Part shown: positions 55,661 to 64,000 of the stretch, in pieces
How positions within the stretch are numbered: position 1 is the stretch's first letter
Layout of the letters: each line of letters starts with the position of its first letter
DNA from: an uncultured Planctomycetaceae bacterium
GTDB lineage: Bacteria > Planctomycetota > Planctomycetia > Isosphaerales > Isosphaeraceae
Direction of reading: 5' to 3'
DNA length: 64,000 nucleotides
Assembly (NCBI GenBank): GCA_963833985.1
Contig: CAWIAD010000001.1
Location: 2,560,001-2,624,000, forward strand
The notes under the pieces: model-generated
Database searches by the model: none
The model's input: only the letters and a program-made list of their open reading frames with translations
What the model was told of the DNA's origin: nothing
Position numbers and translations under genes: made by a program

Positions 55661-57577
55661 ATGGACCCGAATCTACCCGCCGTCGACTTCCGCGATTTCT
55701 GGTACCTCGCTCCGGCGATCGTCCTGTCGGCGTGGGGGCTGGTGGTGCTGCTGGCCGACCTGGCGGTGGCCCGGCGGATGACGCCGGAGAAGCGGCGCAC
55801 GGCGATCGGCTGGCTGGCCCTGGGCGGTGTGGTGCTGGCGCTCCTGAGCGCCATCGGGCTCATGCAAGTGCAGCAACTTTCGCAAGGTGACGTCCAGGAT
55901 GTCCCCGGCTGGATCAGCCCGTCGCTGGCCGAGTACTTCAGTAGCTCAAACGGAGCGATCTTCCTGGGAACGCTGTCGGCGGACATGCAGACCGGCGTGT
56001 TCAATGTGATCTTCATCGCGATCCTCGGGCTCGTGATCTGGCTCTCCATGACCTGGTCGTTCACCGAGGAATGGGGCGAGTACTTCGCGCTGATCACCTG
56101 GGCCACCGTGGGCATGATGTTGCTGGCCGCCTCCGAGGAGCTGGTGACGCTGTTCCTCACGCTCGAGACAATGACGATCTGCCTCTACCTGACCACCGCC
56201 TTCGAGAAAACGCGCCGGCGGTCGCCCGAGGGAGGGCTGAAGTACTTCGTCTACGGCTCGGTCTCCTCGGCCCTCTTCCTCTTCGGCCTGAGCATGGTCT
56301 ACGGCCTGACCGGGACCACCCAGTTCGAGGCCATCCGCATCGCCCTGGCGTCGTCGGGCCCGGCCGCGCAGGGCCTTTCCGGCAACGTGGCCGGAGCGAC
56401 GGCGCTGCTGCTCATGATGGTTGGCTTCGGCTTCAAGATCGCCGCCGTGCCATTTCACCAGTGGGCGCCGGACGCGTATGAAGGAGCCCCCGCGCCCGTG
56501 ACGGCTCTCATCGCCACAGGCAGCAAGCTGGCCAGCTTCGTCGTGCTCATGAAGGTCTTCCTGCACGCGCTGCAACCCTGGTCGCACCCGTCGAACACGC
56601 TCATGGGGCCTGGGTGGCTGGGGGTGATCGCGGTGATTTCGGCTGTGACGATGACCTACGGCAACTTCGCCGCGCTCGCGCAGCGAAACTTCAAACGGAT
56701 GCTGGCGTACTCGTCGATCGCCCACGCCGGCTACATGCTGGTGGGCGTCGCGGCCGCGAGCGTTTCCAGCCGAGGCGCCATCGCGGCCGGCTCGGTACTC
56801 TACTACCTGGTGGTCTACGCCTTCACGAACATCGGCGCCTTCGCCGTCGCGGCCTGGCTGGTGCGCGATAAGAAAACCGATGACATCGACGATCTCAACG
56901 GCCTGGGCACGCAGTCGCCGCTGCTGGCCATCTGCATCCTGATCCTCATGCTCTCGCTCATCGGCATCCCACCCTTCGCCGGGTTCTTCGGCAAGCTCTA
57001 CATGTTCATGGAGGCCCTCAACCAGCAGCACGCCGAGACCCGGCTGACCCTCATGGGACTGGTGGCGCTGGGGCTCATGAACTCGGTCGTCTCGGCGTTC
57101 TACTACGTGCGCGTGCTCAAGGCGATGTACCTGCGCGAGCCGAGCGGCGGGCGCAGGCTGGCGCTGGCGGGGCGTCCGGTCGAGGTGCCCATTGCCATCG
57201 GTGCGTTCGTCGCCATCTTCTTCGGCCTCTATCCCGACCCGCTCATCTCGACGATGCAGGCCGCGGCCGTACCCATGCTGACGACGACATCCGGCGGCTT
57301 CTCCTCGATGGTCTCCGCACCGCTTGGAACCGAGTACAAGCCGCTGCCTCCGCCCAAGGCCATGCCTCCTGCCAAGGTCATCGATCCGGAGCTGGCCAAG
57401 AAATACGGGGCCTCGATGAAGAAGGCACAACAAACGATGACGCCCGGCGCCCAACCCAAGGCCGCCACCAAGACACAGACCAAGAACGCCCCCCCGGGCG
57501 AGCCCAGGAAGGCCGCTCCCGCACCCGCAAAAGACGCGCCCGCCGGGAAAGCCAAGGCAGTGCCCAAGAGCGGTTGA
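55661..57577 (+). CDS. nuoN: NADH-quinone oxidoreductase subunit N with Lys/Pro/Ala-rich C-terminal tail
   Basis: EGGLKYF, GFKIAAVPFHQWAPDAYEGAP, KRMLAYSSIAHAGY, SLIGIPPFAGFFGK, SAFYY. Confidence 0.95.
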   Translation: MDPNLPAVDFRDFWYLAPAIVLSAWGLVVLLADLAVARRMTPEKRRTAIGWLALGGVVLALLSAIGLMQVQQLSQGDVQDVPGWISPSLAEYFSSSNGAIFLGTLSADMQTGVFNVIFIAILGLVIWLSMTWSFTEEWGEYFALITWATVGMMLLAASEELVTLFLTLETMTICLYLTTAFEKTRRRSPEGGLKYFVYGSVSSALFLFGLSMVYGLTGTTQFEAIRIALASSGPAAQGLSGNVAGATALLLMMVGFGFKIAAVPFHQWAPDAYEGAPAPVTALIATGSKLASFVVLMKVFLHALQPWSHPSNTLMGPGWLGVIAVISAVTMTYGNFAALAQRNFKRMLAYSSIAHAGYMLVGVAAASVSSRGAIAAGSVLYYLVVYAFTNIGAFAVAAWLVRDKKTDDIDDLNGLGTQSPLLAICILILMLSLIGIPPFAGFFGKLYMFMEALNQQHAETRLTLMGLVALGLMNSVVSAFYYVRVLKAMYLREPSGGRRLALAGRPVEVPIAIGAFVAIFFGLYPDPLISTMQAAAVPMLTTTSGGFSSMVSAPLGTEYKPLPPPKAMPPAKVIDPELAKKYGASMKKAQQTMTPGAQPKAATKTQTKNAPPGEPRKAAPAPAKDAPAGKAKAVPKSG

Positions 57578-57668
57578 GCCATCACAGAGTACGGCCAGAG
57601 TGAGCCTTGCCTCCCGGAAGAAGTCCACCCGCGTACCGATAGAGCGTCACTCACGAGATCTCAGACCC

Positions 57669-58076
57669 ATGGCGATCATCAATACCTTTCAGAAATGCCT
57701 GGACAGCCCCTACCTCATCGAGGACAAGGAGGCGCCGGCGAAGAATGGAGAGCTGCTGGCGAAGGCGGGCGACCGGCTGGAAGCGGCGGTGAACATCCAA
57801 ACCTCCGGCCAGGGCGACCCGGCCGACGTGGTCTTCCTGAGCTACGAGGCAATGTTCTGCTGCCTACGCGCGCTGGTCTATGCCAAAGGCTACCGCGAGT
57901 ACGGCCTGCGCTGCCTGCTGCTGGCCTGCGAGAACCTCTACGTCCGGACCGGACAGCTCGAGGCCGAGCATCTGCGCCAGTTCGAGCTCGCCCAGCGGCT
58001 CAAGCTCGCTCCAGCCGACGCCGTCGCCGCCTCCTCCGCATTCGTCAAGCGCACGCTCGAGCTCCTGGGTCAGTGA
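57669..58076 (+). CDS. HEPN-like (UPF0332-type) domain protein
   Basis: All-helical; SYEAMFCCLRALVYAKGYRE resembles the YYAMFHAARALL...G motif of that family. Confidence 0.55.
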   Translation: MAIINTFQKCLDSPYLIEDKEAPAKNGELLAKAGDRLEAAVNIQTSGQGDPADVVFLSYEAMFCCLRALVYAKGYREYGLRCLLLACENLYVRTGQLEAEHLRQFELAQRLKLAPADAVAASSAFVKRTLELLGQ

Positions 58077-58248
58077 ACTTTCACCGGACCTGAGCCTCGA
58101 GCACACGATCCGCCCGGGTCTTCCGGCACGCCGGGACGCATTTCGTGGGAATCAGGGGGCGTCGACGTGGCTCTTTCTTCCTGGAAAGAGCAGGCGGGTC
58201 ATGGGGACTCGCTGATCACGCACGGCCCTTTTCCGGACTCCAGCACGG

Positions 58249-61234
58249 ATGAAAGCACCAGGGACCCACGCCACTCTGTGCGGCGATCTCGCGACGCTGC
58301 ACTCGCTCGGCTCCGCCGGCTCGCTCACCGACGGCGAGGTGCTGGAGCAATTCGTCAGCCCGGGCGACCCTGCTGCCGCGGAAGCCGCATTCCGCATGCT
58401 CGTCGAGCGTCACAGCCCGATGGTCCTGTCGGTTTGCCGGCAGCGGCTGAACGACCCGAACGACGCCGAGGACGCGTTCCAGGCAACCTTCCTTCTGCTG
58501 GTGCGCAAGGCCCGCTCGATTCGTCATCACCAGGCGCTGGGCGGCTGGCTCTTCGTCACAGCCCGGCGAGTCGCCGCGCGAGCCAGATCTCGTGCAGCCC
58601 GGCGCAGGCGAGTCGAGTCTAACGCGGGAATGATCTCCCGGGACGCCGACGAAGCGGCCACCCCGCCGCCAGACGGCTCCTGGTCCTCGCTGTACGAGGA
58701 GATCGAACGGCTCCCGGGCGTCTTTCGAGATCCGCTCGTGCTGCACTACTTCGACGGTCAGACCGCCGAGTCGATTGCACGCAGGCTGGGCTGCCCTCGA
58801 AACACGGTTCTCTCCCGGCTGGCCCGGGCGCGGAAGCGGCTCAGGCATCGGCTCACACGCAGAGGGATCGAGCTGAGCATCCTGATCGGACCAGGCCAAT
58901 CGCCGTCATGGTTGCGAGATCCATTTCTTCCACGCCCGCTCATCGAGGCCACAACGCGGTGCGCGGGCTGGCTCCTGCGCGGCACCGGGCTGCCGCACGG
59001 CCGTCCCAACTTCAATACAGGCACTGGCCCGCAACGCCGGGCGGTCGCTGGCGTTTGAGGCCGTCCTCCGAAGCTTACCGACCGCGCTACTGGCCTGCCT
59101 GGCCATCGGTCTGGGTTTGGGTCTCGGTCTCGTCGTGACAACGGCCAGGGAGCAAGATCCACCGCCCGCGACTCGACTACAGAACGAAGCCTCACGTGAT
59201 TCGCGCTCACCGGCTGCGAACGCCCCCGCTCGTCGGACCAAGGTGACCGGTCCGATGGTAGAGATCCGCGGCCGGGTGGTCGATTCCGCAGGACGGCCCG
59301 TACCCGGGGCGAAGATCGTGCTGGATCCGAAGATGAATTCGATCACGGGGGAGGAATTCGCCATCCCCACCGAGCATGCCACTTCCGACCACGCGGGCCG
59401 GTTTGCCTTCACGCTGCCGCGCGCGGTGATCGCCGCCTTGCACAGGGGCAATAGCTCTGAAGAAATCCCCGCGCTCGCCGCCATCGCACCCGGCTGGGCG
59501 ACGGCCTGGATCGATCTGCCGAAGGCGGATGACGCCGGACACGAGCTCGACCTCAAGCTGACAGCGGACGACGTGCCGATCACGGGCAAAGTGGTCGATG
59601 ATCAGGGACATCCCATCGCCGGCGTGCGCGCATCGGTGTTCATGATCATCGAGCCGCACAGTCGAAACGCGCGTGAGTTCTTGCGCCAGGCTCGCAGTAC
59701 CGACCGCGAGGAGCAGGCGAAGGCCCTGTACAGCTTCCGTAGGATGCTTGCCCTCGCGTTCTACCCCGATGCTCCTGCGGCCCGGACCGATGCGCGGGGC
59801 GAGTTTCGCCTCACCGGCGTTGGCCGCGACCGGATCGTCCTGCTGGACCTGGACGGCCCGAGCATCGCGGGCATGCAGGTCATGGTCATCACAACCTCCG
59901 AGCCGATGCAAGAACCGATCGTGTTCAATCCCGGTGACGAGCCTTCCTACCGCATCCACGGCCCGCGATTCGAGGTCAAGGCTGCGCCCGGACGCGAGCT
60001 GGCCGGCACGATCCGGGACAGCCAGACCGGTCAAGTGATTGAAGGAGTGCGACTCATCTCCTTGCATGAACACGACGAGAGTGCCAGCCTGGCCAGCTCG
60101 GATTCCCGGGGCCGCTATCGCCTGAGCGGCCTACCGGTGTCGGAAGATTGCCGTATCACCATCGATCCCAGGAATCTGCCATTCTTTGCGATCAACCAGG
60201 ACGTCGAGATCCCGCCCGGAAATGGTCCCGTACTGCGCGACCTGACCCTGGTCCGCGGCGTGGTCGTGCAGGGGCGCGTGACTCATCGGATCACCGGCCG
60301 GCCGGTCCAGGCCAGGATCGGCTACTTTCCGTTCCGCACCAACCCCGCCTTGCAGGGGGATCACCCAGAGGAGAAGAGCAAGCGTTTCAGGTCGACGGTG
60401 CAGACAGACTTCGACGGCCGTTACCGGCTCGTGGCGCTTCCCGGGCCAGGCCTGCTCGCCGCTCTCGTCCACGAGAAGGGCTTCCTCGGCGCGCAGCCGC
60501 CGGACGAACACCTGCTCGAACAGATTGCCGACAGCCAGGAGTTCGAGAGGGACTTCAAGGTGTTCTCCAAGCAATACCGCCGCATCGAGATCCCGGGAAC
60601 CGTGAAGACCGTCGAGGCCTACACGCGCATGCACTCACTCCAGGTGCTCACGCAGGACTTTGCGCTCGACCCCGGCTGTCCCGTCACCATCCAGGTGGAC
60701 GGACCGGACGGCAAGCCCCTGGCTGCTGGCCGGCCGCTTCATACCGACGGATCCTACGTGCTCGAACGGATCGGCGAGACTCCCGTCTTCCGCTGTCTGC
60801 ACGAGGAACCGGGCAAGAAAGACACGGTCCTCGTTGTGGACCGGGCGCACCAGCTCGGCGGCGTCATCACCCTCGACGGCCACGAGAAAGCGCCCGTTCA
60901 CCTGACTCTCCGATCCACCGGCACGGTCACAGGCCGGCTCGTCGATGACCAGGGTCGCCCGCGTGTCCACGTGCTGCTGGAGGCGGCGAGTCTGGGCGAG
61001 CGAAGAAGCAGCCCCTGGCTGTTCCGGCAGGAAGAGCGGATCGTGACTGGCGAGGATGGCTCGTTCCGGATCACCGGCCTGATTCCCGGCCTCCAGTACC
61101 GCGTTGATGTTCCGCTGATCAACCTGAGCGGAAGAGGATCGAACGAAGGCTATCTGAAAGCCACGCGCTGGTCCTTGAAACCCGGCGAAGCCGTGAACTG
61201 GGGCGACGTCCGGGTGCAGGCCGCCAGGCGGTAG
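58249..61234 (+). CDS. Membrane-anchored ECF sigma factor with long extracytoplasmic extension of carboxypeptidase-regulatory-like repeats (ECF57-like; frameshift near 58990)
   Basis: LTDGEVLEQF, AFRMLVERHSPMVLSVC, DAEDAFQATFLLL, sigma4 TVLSRLARAR; the alternate frame VPTSIQALARNAGRSL...LLACLAIGLGLG runs into ORF 59117-61234 with repeated GRVVD..G.PV.GA...TD..G.F units. Confidence 0.85.
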
Positions 61235-61283
61235 CCCGGGAATCGCCGGGAAGCGCCGACCCGCTTCTCCCCCCAAGCCTCTC

Positions 61284-61396
61284 TCGTGGGACAAGATTCC
61301 AATCTTGTCTCTTCAATTAACGATATTACCGTTTGTTACTTGGTAAACTTACTTTTTAATGAATTCATGCGACAAGATCGGCATCTTTTCCCACGA
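61284..61396. repeat. Inverted REP doublet (REPIN-like) flanking an AT-rich spacer
   Basis: GTGGGACAAGATTCCAATCTTGTC (61286-61309) and its reverse complement with 3 mismatches (61371-61394), between convergent genes. Confidence 0.8.
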
Positions 61397-61426
61397 AAGG
61401 GCAAGCGTTCTCAGGGTGGATGTTTT

Positions 61427-63022
61427 TCATCCACCTCCACCCAGTGCCTTGAGGATATCTTCTCCCTTCGGCGAACCGAGCCCGGTGCAGGCGTCCCAGC
61501 CAGGGCCGGCGTTGTAGTCTCCATTGCTGCCGGAGACGATGTCATTGAGCGCGCTGGGGTTCTTATAGAGAGTGGGGTTCAGGAAGCCGACGTTGTGCCC
61601 GAGCTTCTGGTTCAGCCGGGCCACAAGGCCCGCCCACAGCGGTGCGACGGCGCTGGTGCCGCCGATCGTCAGCTCCTGGCCGTCCACGTAGATGTTGTAG
61701 CCCGTGGAGGGGTCGGCGTCGGCGGCGACGTCGGGCACGCCGCGGCCCACGGGCCCGGCGGGGTTCACAGCACGCGGCACCCCGGCGTTCTCCTGGTAGG
61801 CGGGCACGGGGAAGATGCGGCTCACACCGCCGCCGGTCTGGCCTTCCCACGCCACCTCGCTGGCGATCTTGTTTCCGGAGACGAGCAGCTTGGTCCCTCC
61901 GCAGCCCAGCGCATTGGGGCTCGAAGCCGGGAAATCCACGGCGGCGTGGTCGGGGTCATTGGGATTGTCACGCGAGCCGCTGTCGCCCGAGGCGGCGCAG
62001 AACGTCACCCCGAGGGCGGCCGCGGCCTGGAGAATCTGGTCGATCTGCTTGACTGCCGGGTCGGTCGCATCCTCCACCGATCCCCAGCTCGTGGAGATCA
62101 CCGTCGGGTTGTGATCGCTGTCGTGCACGGCATGGTCGATGACGTCAAGGAAACCCTGGGCGGTGTTCGGCGCGAAGTAGACGACAATTTTTGCCTTGGG
62201 GGCGACCGAGCCGGCGACCTCGATATCCAGCGCCACCTCGCCGTCGGCGTTGCCCGGAGCGTCCGGGTTGCTGGCAGGCTGGTTCTGGGCTCCGTCCACG
62301 GAAACGGTGATGATTTCCGGCGTCTGCAACCCGATCCCCTGGAAATAGGTATCCAGGTCGGAGGTGTGGAAGCCGCTGCCGCCAGGCGCGGACAGCTCGA
62401 TGATACCGATCACCTGGCCGGTTCCGTCGGCGTCCGGAGGGAAATTGTAGATGGTGGCGAGCTGGTCGGCCGTGAAGGTCTGGGCCTGCGCGCCTGGCTC
62501 CGCGGCGCGGCTGGCCTTGAGTATCTGGAAGTGCGGCCGGGCGTAGGGCCGGTCGTCAAAGCCGACGATGGCTTCGATGATGGAGGAGAGATCAGCGGGC
62601 ACCGTGGCGTGCCCCGTATGGCCGCGATAGCGAACCTTGCCGGACGCGTAGCACCGGAGCTCGACGCCGAAGGCCTTTTCCACCGCGGCCACGGTGCCGA
62701 CCAGATGCACGCTCCGCCGTGCCACGCTGGAAGAAGTGACCGTCAACCCGTGACGGCTGGCGAAGAGCTTGACCTTTTCGAGATCAGACGGAGTGGCTCC
62801 GTGCAGGCTGGCATACTGGTCTCGGGTGAGGTGCCGCCGATGCGCGGGCGGCTGCCCGGCCAGGCTGTGCACTGTGCCTGCGAGCTGGGCATGCGGCGTT
62901 CGGGGCCGGACGCGGATCGTCAGGCGAACTTGTGCATTGGGGTCAGCCGGTCCTTCGTCGACGGACCCGGGGATGAGCGAAAGCAGACTCTGCTGGACCT
63001 TCACCGCGGCTGCTTGAGCCAT
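61427..63022 (-). CDS. S53 family (sedolisin/kumamolisin) serine-carboxyl peptidase with prodomain
   Basis: Pro-kumamolisin region, GEVALDIE (E-x3-D), ASGDSG, GRGVPDVAA, GGTSAVAP, GWDACTGLG. Confidence 0.93.
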   Translation of the reverse strand: MAQAAAVKVQQSLLSLIPGSVDEGPADPNAQVRLTIRVRPRTPHAQLAGTVHSLAGQPPAHRRHLTRDQYASLHGATPSDLEKVKLFASRHGLTVTSSSVARRSVHLVGTVAAVEKAFGVELRCYASGKVRYRGHTGHATVPADLSSIIEAIVGFDDRPYARPHFQILKASRAAEPGAQAQTFTADQLATIYNFPPDADGTGQVIGIIELSAPGGSGFHTSDLDTYFQGIGLQTPEIITVSVDGAQNQPASNPDAPGNADGEVALDIEVAGSVAPKAKIVVYFAPNTAQGFLDVIDHAVHDSDHNPTVISTSWGSVEDATDPAVKQIDQILQAAAALGVTFCAASGDSGSRDNPNDPDHAAVDFPASSPNALGCGGTKLLVSGNKIASEVAWEGQTGGGVSRIFPVPAYQENAGVPRAVNPAGPVGRGVPDVAADADPSTGYNIYVDGQELTIGGTSAVAPLWAGLVARLNQKLGHNVGFLNPTLYKNPSALNDIVSGSNGDYNAGPGWDACTGLGSPKGEDILKALGGGG

Positions 63023-63219
63023 CAGACCTCTCCTGGGTTCTTGGTTTTCCTGAGCGTCGGGTCCCGGCCGATTGTGGCTCGGTCACATGAATGAGTCAAG
63101 AATCCTTCCGATCTTTCACCTGCCAGGACCGTCATGAGAGCCCGGTGCCCCACCCGCAATCAGCGGGAGGCCTTCCGGTGAGGCAGGCCAGCCTCGCCCC
63201 GCGGTCTGCACAAGGCAGC

Positions 63220-63951
63220 TCAAGCCAGTCCGCTCAGGTCTCGAAGGATGCGGGAGAGGTCGGCATCCCCGGGGTCGCCGCTCCCCCGGCCCTGCGGTTC
63301 CAGGCGGCCCGTCCTTGCACCTGGTCGAGGGCCGGGCCTGGCGGGTTCATGTGGCACAGCGTCGCTCCAGCGATGCTTCCATGTTTCCCGAATCTGTGCC
63401 AGCGTCCGCTCGACGGTCGCCGGCGACCGGCCCAGCTTCGCCCCAATCGATTCGTTGGTGTGGCCGACCAGCTTCCAGAGGGCGATCTGTCTGAGCTCAT
63501 CACTCGCCAGCAGGTCGAGCAGCCGCTGGCAGGCGTCGAAGGCCAGGAGCAGTAGGTCCGGCGTGAGCGCGGGGTCCGCCACCCGGCCCAGGAGGTCGTC
63601 GGTGTCGTTGCCGGCTCCGTGCGCCGCGGCGCGCGCCTGGCAGTGGATCGTCAGTGCCTCGCGCGTCGTCGCTGACCTCAATACCCGCGTCAGGTCCAGC
63701 CGGCTGGCGAGCTTCAGTTGACCGCGCTCGATGCCGCGGCAAACCTTCATGAACGCGCGGATCGCGACGTCTTCCTCGTCGGCCGGGCCCCGCGGCGCGT
63801 GCAGCGCCTTGAGGCGATTGCGGGCGCAAACCATCATGTCGGCAAAGAAGTACTCACAGAGCTCGCGTGCCGCATCATCCCGAGTCGACGGTTCGCCCGC
63901 CTCCAGGTCGTGAATGTACCGCGTGATCGTCCCCGGAAGATCCACGCTCAT
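63220..63951 (-). CDS. ECF-type sigma factor (PF07638 Sigma70_ECF-like, planctomycete type)
   Basis: GTITRYIHDL, ADEEDVAIRAF, ELRQIALWKLVGHTNESIGAKLGRSPATVERTL; GGAG RBS before MSVDLP. Confidence 0.8.
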   Translation of the reverse strand: MSVDLPGTITRYIHDLEAGEPSTRDDAARELCEYFFADMMVCARNRLKALHAPRGPADEEDVAIRAFMKVCRGIERGQLKLASRLDLTRVLRSATTREALTIHCQARAAAHGAGNDTDDLLGRVADPALTPDLLLLAFDACQRLLDLLASDELRQIALWKLVGHTNESIGAKLGRSPATVERTLAQIRETWKHRWSDAVPHEPARPGPRPGARTGRLEPQGRGSGDPGDADLSRILRDLSGLA

Positions 63952-64000
63952 GATTTCTCCAGTCGCCATTCAGTGGACGCGGGGGTCCGCGGCCTGGCCC

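Overview
High-GC bacterial chromosome segment, most likely from a planctomycete (Isosphaeraceae-like). The assignment is inferred from a LEPR-XLL-type extracellular protein, a long membrane-anchored ECF sigma factor, a PF07638-type ECF sigma factor and Tat-signalled Gfo/Idh/MocA enzymes. It is mostly core and metabolic DNA: lptF/G-like permease, PLP aminotransferase, LpxL-like acyltransferase, dnaG-rpoD-zinc ribbon, HtrA, pyrG-nagA, mgtE, GTP-dependent pck, MMPL and Nramp transporters, a Ser/Thr kinase, a sedolisin and two ECF sigma factors. About 13 small frameshifts break otherwise intact genes (including nuoD, mgtE and nagA), which most likely reflects uncorrected long-read errors. Most notable: (1) a rearranged complex I-like cluster, nuoBCD(fused)-I-[adhesin]-[small beta-rich ORF]-A-H-J-K-N, with no nuoE/F/G or nuoL/M in the window; (2) a roughly 1,330-aa uncharacterised receptor-like membrane protein; (3) a 68-bp, nearly A-free tandem array with an inverted solo copy, plus further REP-like families; (4) a DPPR-synthase/GT-C pair and a TMTC-like GT-C, suggesting lipid-linked glycosylation. 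No rRNA, tRNA, CRISPR array or transposase was recognised.
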